A DNA stretch of 64,000 bases. Origin: Azolla caroliniana. Lineage: Eukaryota > Plantae > Polypodiophyta. Each line of letters begins with the position of its first letter. Within the stretch, counting starts at the first letter, position 1. Below the pieces are notes generated by a model that made no database searches, was not told the DNA's origin, and saw nothing but the letters and a program-made list of their open reading frames with translations. Below are positions 22,757 to 33,032 of the stretch, piece by piece. The position numbers and the translations under genes are program-made. The stretch spans positions 2,046,001 to 2,110,000 of the forward strand of contig JBHGNT010000001.1 in the NCBI GenBank assembly GCA_043228905.1, read 5' to 3'.

Positions 22757-25700
22757 ATGGAAGGCGGCGGCAGCGGGCCTCCGGGCATGATGGTGCTGAA
22801 TGCGCAGAATTACGCCGACTGGAAGATCAAGATGGAGGATCTTCTGATTGTTCGGGACCTGTACGAACCGATTGACAGGTCGGAAATACCGAAGGGGGTA
22901 CTTGAGTCGGAGTGGAAGCTCCTGAACCGGAAAGCCGTAGCGACGATCCGACAATATGTCGATGTAAGCGTCCTACAACATGTGGCGAATGACACCAACG
23001 CATATGAGATGTGGAAGAAGCTGTCGGGCCTCTACGAGAGGAAGAATGCGTTGAACCGGACCTCCCTGATGAGGAAGATTGTGAATCTCAAGTACCGGGA
23101 CGGCGAGAGTATGGTGGAACATGTAAGCACGTTCATGGGATTCGTGAACCAGCTTGCGGCGATCAAGTTCCCGCTGGAGGACGCAATGCAAGCCATCATT
23201 TTGATGTGTACATTGCCGGAAAGCTGGGAGAACTTGGTGGTAACTCTCAGCACCTCCTGCACCGAAGATAACTTGTCCTTACAAACGGTAAAGACAAGTA
23301 TTTTGAATGAAGAAGCGCGTCGGAGAGATAAAGAACCGGCCTCCGACTCGAAGGCGCTGCTCACCGAATCGGAACGGGGAAGACAATGGAACCGGAGTCC
23401 TCAAAGACGGGAGAAGTCGGGGACCCGGTCGCAGTCAAGAGGAAGGCCCACATGCTTCCACTGTGGGAAGCCGGGGCACTTCCGGAAGAATTGTCGGCAT
23501 TACCGAAAAGACAACGGAGCCGACGACACCGATTCGAAGATGTCACCGGAGGGAAACGGTGCATACCGGGGAGCCACGGACCGGAGAGGTCCGGATCGGC
23601 GAAGGCAGGACCGGAAAGGAACGACGGCACTCGCGGCAAGTGAAGAAGAAATCATGCTCATTACCGAAGAGAGGGAGCTGAACATTGCCGGCGTAGAGAT
23701 GACCTGGGTGGTCGATTCCGGAGCGTCGTTCCACCTGACCCCGGAGAAGAAATACTTCTCATCCTACACAGCCGGTGAGCACGGCTGTGTCCGGATGGGA
23801 AATGAAGGTACATGCCGGATTGCCGGCATAGGAGACGTGTGGTTAACAACCCCGACCGGATGCAAAATGCTGTTGAAGAATGTGCGACACGTTCCGGAGG
23901 TCCGATTGAACCTGATCTCGGCCGGGAGGCTAGATGATGAAGGCTACACGGGTAGCATCCGGAACGGTGTCATGAAGTTCAGCAAGGGGAGCCTGATAGT
24001 GGCTCGGGCCCGGAAGGTCAACACCCTGTACCTGATGAATTCCCGGCTATGTCCGGAGGAGCTGAACGTGGCAGCCGACACTGCCGGTGAGCTGTGGCAC
24101 AAGAGACTGTGCCACATGAGTGAGAAGGGGATGAAGAGGCTTGCAGAAGACAACCTTATTCCAGTGAAGCATGTGCACCTGGAGAAGTGCACCGACTGCC
24201 TGGCCGGTAAGCAAAACCGGACCTCCTTCCACTCAAGGCCACCGACGAGACGTGGCGCACCATTGGAGTTGGTGCACACTGATGTGTGTCAAGTAGAAAC
24301 GAAGTCACATGGCGGAGCCCAGTACTTCGTAACATTCATAGATGACCATAGCCGGAAGCTGTGGACGGCACCGTTGAAGACAAAGGACCAAGTATTGTCC
24401 GTCTTCAAAGAACTCCACGCGAGAGTGGAAAGGGAATCCGGAAAGAAGCTGATAGCGATACGAGCGGATAACGGAGGGGAATACCGGGGGCAGTTCCAGG
24501 AGTACTGTCGCTCGAAGGGGATCCGGCTCGAGTTTACTGTGCCGAAGACGCCGGAACTGAACGGGCTGGCCGAGAGGATGAACCGGACCATAATGGAGAG
24601 GGTCCGGAGTATGCTGGCGCATGCGAAATTACCCAAGGGGTTTTGGGCTGAGGCAATGTCGACGGCGACGTATGTGATAAATAGATCACCCTCAGTACCT
24701 TTGGACGGAGACACGCCGCAGAAAGTGTGGACCGGTAAGGAAGTGTCCTACCGGCTTCTGAAGGTGTTCGGGTGTCTCGCATACGTGCATGTGGCAAAGG
24801 ACCGGAGAGGAAAGCTAGATCCAAAGACCCGGCCATGCATATTCCTCGGTTACGGCGACGACGAGTTCGGCTACCGAGTATGGGACCCGGTCGACAAGAA
24901 GATATTCAGGAGTCGAGACATCATCTTTATGGAGGACAAGACGCTCGCCGACTGGGAGTCGGAGAAGAAGATGAAGAGCTCCAAGTCGACCGGTGAGGAT
25001 CAACTCTACGGGGAGCAGTCCCGACCGGCAAGGGACCGGTTAACACTCGAAGATCCGGCCGAAGACGGTGAAGAAACAGAACCGGCCGAAGAAGATGAAA
25101 ATGATACCGGAACCGGCCCCGATCCCGAAATGGATTCGGATGAAGAAGAATCGGAAGAACCGGTTACCGAAGCTCCGGAACGGAGATATCCTCTAAGAGA
25201 GAGAAGGGCCCCCCGGAGATTTCCGGAACCAGAGCACGTGCTGCTAACCGACGAAGGGGAGCCGGAGAGCTTTGAAGAAGCAAAGCATGACACCCAGAGC
25301 CGCAGGTGGTTAAGTGCCATGCAGGACGAGATGGATTCCCTGCATGAGAACCACACATATGAACTTGTGGAGTTGCCGAAAGGAAAACGGGCACTCCGTA
25401 ACAAGTGGGTGTTCAAGCTGAAACCGGGAGATGCCGGAAACCCCCCGAGATACAAAGCCAGGATCGTGGTGAAGGGGTTCCAGCAGAAGAAGGGCGTCGA
25501 CTTCGACGAGATATTTGCCCCGGTAGTGAAGATGACCTCCATCCGGACGGTGCTGAGCATAGCGGCAAGCATGGACCTCGAGGTAGAACAGATGGACGTG
25601 AAGACGGCATTCCTTCACGGTGACCTCGAAGAAGAGATCTACATGCAGCAACCGGAAGGATTCGAGAAGAAAGGGAAGGAGCACCTGGTATGCCGGTTGA

Positions 25701-26830
25701 AGAAGAGCCTTTACGGACTGAAGCAGGCTCCCCGGCAATGGTACCGGAAGTTCGACTCCTTCATGACCGACGAAGGGTACCACAAAACGCAGTCTGATCA
25801 CTGCGTGTTTGTGAAGAAGTTCGAAGGAGGAGACTCTCTAATACTCCTCCTGTACGTGGACGACATGTTGATCGTCGGACGGGACCAGGTCAAGATACGG
25901 GCGCTGAAGAAAGCGCTTCACCGAACCTTCTCAATGAAGGACCTGGGTCCGGCGAGGCAAATACTAGGGATGCACATCATCCGGGACCGAAAGAAGAAGC
26001 AGTTGTGGCTGTCACAGGAGAAGTACGTGACAAAGGTGCTTCAACGGTTCAACATGTTGGAAGCAAGACCGGTCGGATCGACCCTCCCGGCAAACTGCAA
26101 GCTGTCCAACAAGCAAAGTTCCAAGACAAAGGCTGAAAAGGAGGATATGATGAAAGTGCCATATGCCTCAGCCGTCGGGAGCTTGATGTACGCCATGGTG
26201 TGTACGAGACCGGACATAGGATATGCAGTCGGAGTGGTGAGCCGGTACATGAGCAACCCTGGCAAAGAACACTGGAACGCGGTCAAGTGGTTACTCCGAT
26301 ACCTGAAGGGCACTGCAAACGTGTGCCTCCGATTCGGCTCCGGTAAGCCCGAACTCGACGGCTTCACCGATTCGGATATGTCGGCTGATGCAGATACCAG
26401 CCGGTCCACATCAGGGTATGTGATGACCTATGCAGGGGGAGCCGTTTCGTGGCAGTCGAGGCTGCAGAAGACGGTTGCGTTGTCAACCACGGAGGCGGAG
26501 TACATGGCGGCTGTTGAAGCCGGCAAGGAAATAATATGGATGAAGGACTTCATTAGAGAGCTCGGTATCCGGCAGGAGGAGTACCGACTCTACTGCGACA
26601 GTCAGAGTGCCATCCACCTTGCGAAGAACGCGGCCTATCACTCCCGGACGAAGCACATCCAGCGAAGATATCACTGGATCCGGGAAAGGATAGAAGACAA
26701 GGAGTTCGTGCTGACGAAGATCCACACGGACGAGAACGGGTCGGATATGCTGACCAAGGTACTTACACCCGACAAGCTGGAAGCATGCCGGAAGAGGATC
26801 GGATTGGAGAGACATCCCATGCCGAAGTGA
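22757..26830 (+). CDS. Copia Gag-Pol polyprotein (1357 aa, uninterrupted)
   Basis: First ATG after the PBS. CFHCGKPGHFRKNC knuckle; PR WVVDSGASFH; IN WHKRLCH...CTDC...HTD...DNGGEY...AERMNRTI; RT QMDVKTAFLHGDL...LYVDDML; RH FTDSD...STTEAEY...CDSQSAI...RTKHI. Confidence 0.98.
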   Translation: MEGGGSGPPGMMVLNAQNYADWKIKMEDLLIVRDLYEPIDRSEIPKGVLESEWKLLNRKAVATIRQYVDVSVLQHVANDTNAYEMWKKLSGLYERKNALNRTSLMRKIVNLKYRDGESMVEHVSTFMGFVNQLAAIKFPLEDAMQAIILMCTLPESWENLVVTLSTSCTEDNLSLQTVKTSILNEEARRRDKEPASDSKALLTESERGRQWNRSPQRREKSGTRSQSRGRPTCFHCGKPGHFRKNCRHYRKDNGADDTDSKMSPEGNGAYRGATDRRGPDRRRQDRKGTTALAASEEEIMLITEERELNIAGVEMTWVVDSGASFHLTPEKKYFSSYTAGEHGCVRMGNEGTCRIAGIGDVWLTTPTGCKMLLKNVRHVPEVRLNLISAGRLDDEGYTGSIRNGVMKFSKGSLIVARARKVNTLYLMNSRLCPEELNVAADTAGELWHKRLCHMSEKGMKRLAEDNLIPVKHVHLEKCTDCLAGKQNRTSFHSRPPTRRGAPLELVHTDVCQVETKSHGGAQYFVTFIDDHSRKLWTAPLKTKDQVLSVFKELHARVERESGKKLIAIRADNGGEYRGQFQEYCRSKGIRLEFTVPKTPELNGLAERMNRTIMERVRSMLAHAKLPKGFWAEAMSTATYVINRSPSVPLDGDTPQKVWTGKEVSYRLLKVFGCLAYVHVAKDRRGKLDPKTRPCIFLGYGDDEFGYRVWDPVDKKIFRSRDIIFMEDKTLADWESEKKMKSSKSTGEDQLYGEQSRPARDRLTLEDPAEDGEETEPAEEDENDTGTGPDPEMDSDEEESEEPVTEAPERRYPLRERRAPRRFPEPEHVLLTDEGEPESFEEAKHDTQSRRWLSAMQDEMDSLHENHTYELVELPKGKRALRNKWVFKLKPGDAGNPPRYKARIVVKGFQQKKGVDFDEIFAPVVKMTSIRTVLSIAASMDLEVEQMDVKTAFLHGDLEEEIYMQQPEGFEKKGKEHLVCRLKKSLYGLKQAPRQWYRKFDSFMTDEGYHKTQSDHCVFVKKFEGGDSLILLLYVDDMLIVGRDQVKIRALKKALHRTFSMKDLGPARQILGMHIIRDRKKKQLWLSQEKYVTKVLQRFNMLEARPVGSTLPANCKLSNKQSSKTKAEKEDMMKVPYASAVGSLMYAMVCTRPDIGYAVGVVSRYMSNPGKEHWNAVKWLLRYLKGTANVCLRFGSGKPELDGFTDSDMSADADTSRSTSGYVMTYAGGAVSWQSRLQKTVALSTTEAEYMAAVEAGKEIIWMKDFIRELGIRQEEYRLYCDSQSAIHLAKNAAYHSRTKHIQRRYHWIRERIEDKEFVLTKIHTDENGSDMLTKVLTPDKLEACRKRIGLERHPMPK

Positions 26831-26840
26831 AGGGGGAGTT

Positions 26841-27499
26841 TGTTGGGATTTACGGTCCCTCCGGATGGGATGTCCGGAGACGAATGACGGCAAGCCCGGT
26901 TGCGGTTACGGAACCGGAGGATGAAGAGTACCCGGATACGGATCCGGATGATGAAGACCCCGGCTACGGAGCCGGATGATGAATACCCCGGTTACGGAGC
27001 CGGATGATGAATACCCCGGTTACGGAGCCGGATGATGAATGTACCCGGAGGGAGATCCGGATGCGGGGACATATTTGTGAATATGTTCGCCAAGAGCCCT
27101 TGAGGCTATATTTGTAAATAGCCCGAAAGTCATATGTGTATAAATATGACTTAGGGCAAACAGTTTATGTTGTTGCTTATTTTTCATGAGAAGTGAGAGC
27201 AGCCGAGAGAGAGAGAGAGAGAGAGAAACGAAGAGGTCGACGCCTCTGTGTAATACCGCCGCCTGTGGCGAGGACAGCGAGCTCAAGGTCGTCGCCTTGC
27301 AGCTCGCCATTGTATATTCCAGTGTATAGTGATAGTTGGAGTCGTGCACTCCCGTGGTTTTTCCCGTTTAGGGTTTTCCACGTTATACCCTGTGTATTCG
27401 TCTCTCTGTGTCTTTTTTTCCCCATTTTCTGCTGCATTGATCCGTGTTGTCTCGGTTGTGGCCGAGAGGCGAAAGATTTGATAGCGTCAAATCCCAACA
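26841..27499 (+). repeat. Inner Copia 3' LTR (659 bp)
   Basis: Same length as the 5' LTR; no differences seen by eye. Confidence 0.97.
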
Positions 27500-27504
27500 G
27501 GGGA

Positions 27505-28843
27505 GTGGCTGCAGATCGGCGGGTTTTTGAAGACAATGACGCCCGATGCGTCATGGACGAAGGACGAGGCCAACCGGATCCGGAAGAAAGCATATCGATT
27601 CTTTCTCCGAGATGGGCATCTATGGAAGCACCCGAAGAAGAGGGACGGCGTCCCGCTCCGGGTGGTGGCGATGAAGGAAGTACAGGAGGAGCTACTGGCG
27701 GCCTACCACGACAGCCCTTGGGCTGGACACCGTGGAACGTGGGCGACGTTTGAGAAGCTGAAGGGGAAGTACTGGTGGCCGGGATTGTACCGGGACGTGC
27801 ATCGGTTCGTGTCAACTTGCGAGAGTTGTCAGATGCACTCGATAGTCCGACACCGGGACGGGCTTCACCCTACGTACCCTCCGACTATCCACTTCAAATG
27901 GATGGTAGATCTGGTGACGATGCCGATGGGGGTAGGACAGGTGCGGTATCTGGTCCTAGCGCGGGAAGACCTGACGAACCAGGTGGAAGGCCGAGCCCTT
28001 CAGAACAAGACGACCGCGGCCGTGTGTCGGTTCCTAGTAGAGGACGTGATATGCCGGTACGGGTGCGTCGGGAAGATCGTGGCTGACCGAGGGGAGTTGG
28101 ACGCCGAAGAGGCCGCGGAGCTGTTCGACCGGCTTGGAGTCAAGCTCTCGCTCACCACTGCGTACAATCCGGAGGCGAATGGAAAGGTGGAGCGCGGACA
28201 CGGACCGATCGTCAAGGCGTTGATTCGGGCATGCGGAGGCCGAGTCGGTAACTGGCCCCGGCTGCTACCTTATGCTTTGTGGGCAGACCGGACCACGCAC
28301 AGTTCGGTAACCGGGTACATGCCGACGGAGCTCATGTTCGGCCAGAAGCCGATCATGCCGATTGAACGGACGATCTCCTCGTGGGCAACGGTCGACTGGA
28401 GGGTCGAGATGAGCCGGGAGGAGTTGTTGGCCGCACGTATACGACAGCTCGAGCGGAGACCGGAGGACGTGGCACTGGCTACGGAGAAGCTCCGGGTGGC
28501 GAGGACAAAGAACAAAGCCCGGTTCGACCGAACGCACCGGCTACGACCGAAGAAAATCGACGAAGGTGACTGGGTGCTCGTCTACGACAGCAGCCTCGAC
28601 AACCAGCACCGAGCAACGCGGAAGTTCGCACGGAGATGGTTCGGGCCGTACACGGTACAGAGCGCCAACGACAACGGGACGTATCATCTGGCGGAGCTCG
28701 ACGGTACGAGAATAGCGATACCCGTGGCCGGGAAGAGGATCAAAGCTTTCAAGAAGCGGCACGACGACGAACCCGACCCGATTCTCCTGGACAGCAGCGA
28801 CGACCGATCCGAGGCCGAGGAAGGGCCGGCAGGCGAAGAGTAG
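27505..28843 (+). CDS. pol: Gypsy Pol 3' part: integrase
   Basis: HHCC YHDSPWAGH...CESCQ; DDE MVDLV...VADRGE...VERGH; GPY/F motif WFGPYTV; no chromodomain. In frame with the 5' part once the inner Copia and one TSD are removed (YDG-EWLQIGGFLK). Confidence 0.93.
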
Positions 28844-28915
28844 AGGCGGGCCGGTTTTCTCCGTGCCAACTTAATTTGGCGCATGCCGGTGGATGCGCGG
28901 TTAGGTGGGGGCGGA

Positions 28916-29631
28916 TGTCGTGAAGAAAACCGCCCACAAGAGGAATCGGAGGAACAAGGCGTGGGAAACGGCTCTACACACACACGCGCGCCAAGAAGTA
29001 CCTAAGGACGAAGTAGGTACATACGAGGATCCTAGGTGGGTAGATTCGGTTGGTATGCAGTTAATGCCAAACGGCCTCTTGACGGGCTATAAAAGGAAGA
29101 GGAAGAATAGAAGTGGGGCATCTCCCGCGGAGAGGACGAAGTGCTGCCGAACCGATTTCGGAGCTTCTCTCTCACTCCTGCTCTCTCTGTCTTCTGCTCC
29201 ATCGCGTACCTGTGCAGGTTTCGAGGAGGCTTGCGCTGTTCCGTGGAACGCCCGAGTGCGTCCTGCAGCACCTCCGACCTGTTTTCCCTTTCTGTGCGTC
29301 GCGGCATACAGGGGTCGGCAGCTGTTCGCCGCCCTGTTCGTTTTCGTTAGTATCTATTTTGTGCCCCACCGTGGGTTGTAATACTTTAGTCTGTTATTTT
29401 CTTGCATTCATAAGTACATATCTCTCGTTGTTGCGTCCATCTGCGTCGGCGTTTATTTGTGATCTCTGTTTGTTGGGCCGTGTCCCTGTGCAATCGTCGG
29501 TCCGGCGCAATCGGATCTTCGGTTCTGTGTAATCGGGTCTCTCTCTCTTACTCCTCTCTCTCTTGCTCTTCGGTTCGAGACCCCCGTGGTCCCTCCTCCT
29601 TTCTACACGCAAGGGCGTAGTAACCCCGACA
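28916..29631 (+). repeat. Gypsy 3' LTR (716 bp)
   Basis: Direct repeat of 17032-17747. Confidence 0.97.
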
Positions 29632-29635
29632 GCGC

Positions 29636-32457
29636 TTTGTAGCAGTTGATGGAACCGTCGGCGTTGTACCTCACTTTGTAAATCCATCTGCATCTGATCG
29701 CCTTTTTGTGTGGTGAGGTGGGAACGAGATGCCACGTCTCGTTCTTGCGTAGTGCCTGCATCTCCTCGTTCATGGCTTCGATCCATCGCGGATCCTTGGC
29801 TGCTTCGGAAAATGTTTCCGTCTCGCATATTGTCGCCACCTTAATTATAAAGGCATAGTGATATGCCATGTAGTTGTTGTAGCCGAATCGGTTGACCGGA
29901 TTCTTTTCACGGATGGAGCGACGAAGCTTTTCATTTGCAGAGATGAGGGCTTTCTTAGCTCCGATTGGTACATCGAAGCCGCCGAACTCACTGTCGAGTG
30001 AGTGAGTCGACTCATCGTCGTCGAAGCGATCGTCTTCATATTCCACCATTTTTGCCTTGCCTTTGTCCATCTTCGGGCTAGGCCGTGATGTGCTTTGATC
30101 GCTCAAAGGCTCTTGTGGTCTGCTTAGTCGGGTCGTGATCGGACTTTCTTCGAACATGCGCGTAAGGCTATTTTCATCCTCTATCTCTTGTTCGGCGGAT
30201 TCTGGGTCGAGCGGAGTCGGAGTTGTCTCTGGTGTGTACCAGGATGCAGACTCATCAAACACGACGTCTCGAATTACTCGAGATTTTCGAGTTGTGGGGT
30301 TGTAGCACTTGTACCCCTTTTGTTCGAGTGAGTATCCTACGAGGATACATTTCTCCGACTTCGGGTCAAGCTTTTAACGCTTCTCGTCGAGGATGTGCAC
30401 GTACGCTATCGTGCCGAATATCCGGATGTGTGATAAGTCCGGCCTCTTTCCGAAGTATTTTTCGTGCGGAGTGGCCTCGTGCACGCCGGATGTTGTGCAC
30501 CGATTCATTAGGTAGACGATCGTATTTGCAGCTTCGGCCCAATAAGACTTGGGCATATGCTTCTCGTTCATCATGGCCCGCGCTACTTCGAGGATGTGCT
30601 GATTTTTGCGCTCGGCTACTCCGTTTTGTTGCGGAGTGTGTCGGCAAGTGACTTCTCGCCGAATTCCTTCTTTTCGGAGATATGCCGTGAAATCGTCTGA
30701 GAAGTACTCCTTGCCGCCATCCGATCGAAGGCATCATTCTTGTATTTTTGGAAGTGTCCGAACACTTCGCTCTTTTGCCGCATCGAGTAGATCCAAGTGT
30801 GCCTGGAGAAATCGTCGATGAAGAGCACGTAATATCGACATCCGCCGAATGTAGCCGTCTATGCCGGTCCCCATACGTCGGAATAGACTATGTCGAGTAG
30901 ACCTTTGCTCACGTTCCGCTCTTTCGGAAATGGGTGTCAGTGTTGCTTGCTGAATTGGCACGCTTCCCATACACCTTCAATCTCCTTCTCTTTGAATGTC
31001 GGGAGTCCTATGACGACTCCTTTGGATTTCATTTCTTTGAGTTTGTTGAGATTGATGTGGCCGATTCGCTTGTGCCATAGCTCTATGTCGAAGTCGGCTT
31101 TCGTGCTTTTTGCGAACATGGCGGATTTCATCTCGTGTGAATCGAGAATGAACATCCGGCCCTCTCTTCTTCCGTGCACGATGATCGGCCCTCTTTTTCG
31201 ATGAAGCACCCTTCTTGGTCGAATCGTATTTGCATCCCTTGCTCAACCATTTGGCCGACCGAGACGAAATTCTTCGTGATGGTGGGAACATGCAAGACAT
31301 TTTTAATGCATGTTTGCGTACCTCTTTTGCCAAACAGAACATTGCTGATGTGCCGAATCGGGTGCGTAGTGTCATCTCCGGTTTCAACATAACTGGGTCG
31401 CTCCGGCTCTCGAAGTTCAAGAAACCATTCTTTATGAGATGTCATATGGTTTGAGGCTCCGGAGTCAACAAACCATACATCCTCCGGATTGAGGGCACTA
31501 GTTGAGGTAGAGGCCGACATAGAGATTGCTCTATGTTTCAGCATGAACATTCCGCCATGGTCGGAGTTGTGTGCGTACATTCCGCCACGATCTTCGTAGT
31601 CGGAGTTGTGCCCGTACATTTCACTATACTCTTCGTAGTCGGAATAGTGCGCGTAATTCGTGAGTTGTCGACTTGTGGAAGCCGAATCACGCATCTTCTT
31701 TCGGCACTCTTCTTCGTGGTGGCCGAGCTTTCTGCAATATCCGCATTCGATTGCGTTTTCATGGCTCGGTCCGGAGTGGAAGCTCCCCCTTCTTGCGAAG
31801 GTTCCTCGTTGGCTTTCGTTTTGCGGCCGAAATTGGGAGTTGTTGTCGTAGGTCGGATCTGGTCCGCCTTGTCCTTGGCCGAATCGGCCTCTCACTCGTC
31901 CGCGTCCTCTTCCTCCGTTCGAGTGCGTGTAGAGCATGTGGCCTTCCGACTCATTGCTCCTTGTACACACGTGGTTTTCTTCGACCAATAGCATTGATTG
32001 GAGCTCGAAGAAGGAGGGAGATTTCTCCCTTGCTAGAACGGTGGTTCGCATCGTGCCGAACTGTGGTGCGAGGCCGCGGAGGCATATTTGCACCATCTCA
32101 TCATCATCGATACTTACGCTTATCGAGCCGAGCGAGTTGAAGCCTTCTTGCGGTTGTGTTCATTGCAAAAATCTTTCATAGATTTTCCCATGCCTCCTTC
32201 AATGTCTTGGCTTCGCGAATGTAGCCGAGCATGTGATTGTGAACACATGTCACCAAGCAATACATCACGCGGCTTGCGGCTTGCTCCCATGTCGCGTATC
32301 CGAGAGCCGCTTCGGCGGGTCGGTCTTCGTGCTCTCCTTTGATGTAGCTCCAATAGCCTTGTCCGACAAGGTATTGGTGCATCTTGTACTCCCAAGATGC
32401 GAAGTTGTTTCGATCCAACTTCTCGGTAGGGAGAGCACTCCCCATTTGAGTATTCAT
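29636..32457 (-). pseudogene. Outer Copia gag-PR-IN and RT start, multiple frameshifts and stops
   Basis: Fragments in different frames: KLDRNNFASWEYKM (gag), CGYCRKLGHHEEEC, WFVDSGASNHMT, LWHKRIGH, FIDDFSR, YWAEAANT, WIEAMNEEMQAL...RWIYKV. Confidence 0.92.
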
Positions 32458-32607
32458 TATGTCAATTCTTCTTCTTCTTCTTCTCTCTTCTTCTTCAAGC
32501 TATGTAGCGAAGCTACGACAACGATGAGCCGGTTCTTCTTGAACATCGGCGTAAAACTCAACACACGTGGATGGGCTAGATGGAGCTACCAAACTGCTCT
32601 GATACCA

Positions 32608-33032
32608 TGTAAAGAATCGTGTATGATTTTTGTGTAGTGGAATAGGTGTGAACTCTGTGTGTGTGTGTGTGTGTGTGTGTATGAGAGAGAGAGAGAGTGT
32701 GTGTGTGTGTGTGAGAGAGAGAGAGACAAGGAGTAAGACACAGAGTATACGCAAGGTAAGTATATTAACAAAGGAGAAAGACTCAACATTTTACAAGGTG
32801 GGAGGAGGGTGCTTTATATAGTCACCCTCTCTCTTCATTAACTACTAGACTCATGTGGATCATGGGGAATGTGAAAGCTCATAAGTTATGTGTCATAGAA
32901 TATGATTCTATGACTCATACTAAATGCTAGAATACAAAGTGGTGACATAATGGTGACTCTTGACCGTTGGATTGTCTATTCACTCTCAAGGTGAGTTCAC
33001 ACACTAGACCAAGTTGAGCTTGATTCTCAACA
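32608..33032 (-). repeat. 5' LTR of outer Copia (425 bp)
   Basis: Adjacent to the PBS; differs from the 3' LTR only in microsatellite unit counts. Confidence 0.97.

Larger units (their letters stand above)
22067..27499 (+). mobile_element. Inner intact Ty1/Copia LTR retrotransposon (Tnt1-like, 5433 bp)
   Basis: 659-bp LTRs 22067-22725 and 26841-27499 with 11-bp terminal inverted repeat TGTTGGGATTT/AAATCCCAACA; TSD GGGGA at 22062-22066 and 27500-27504; tRNA-iMet PBS 22729-22740; PPT GAAGGGGGAG before 26841. Confidence 0.98.
17032..29631 (+). mobile_element. Ty3/Gypsy LTR retrotransposon (non-chromovirus), interrupted by a Copia
   Basis: 716-bp LTRs 17032-17747 and 28916-29631 (TGTCG...CGACA); 4-bp TSD GCGC at 17028-17031 and 29632-29635; PBS 17751-17768; PPT AGGTGGGGGCGGA 28903-28915. 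Domain order gag, PR, RT, RH, IN. Confidence 0.97.
15458..33032 (-). mobile_element. Outer Ty1/Copia LTR retrotransposon, coding region decayed, interrupted by a Gypsy
   Basis: LTRs 15458-15884 and 32608-33032 (TG...CA); TSD CTTAG at 15453-15457 and 33033-33037; tRNA-iMet PBS TGGTATCAGAGC at 32607-32596; PPT GAGGGGGCG next to 15885. Domain order gag, PR, IN, RT. Confidence 0.97.

Noticed and set aside
28750-28915. Chromodomain or env-like ORF after the Gypsy integrase
   Set aside because: The integrase ends in a short acidic tail and only ~70 bp separate the stop from the LTR.
17664-28983. Numerous overlapping and antisense ORFs of 60-310 aa
   Set aside because: These are expected shadows of GC-rich coding sequence, with no recognisable domains.
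17032-29631. Bacterial contamination or prophage suggested by high GC and long ORFs
   Set aside because: It is fully explained by LTR retrotransposons with TSDs integrated into plant sequence.
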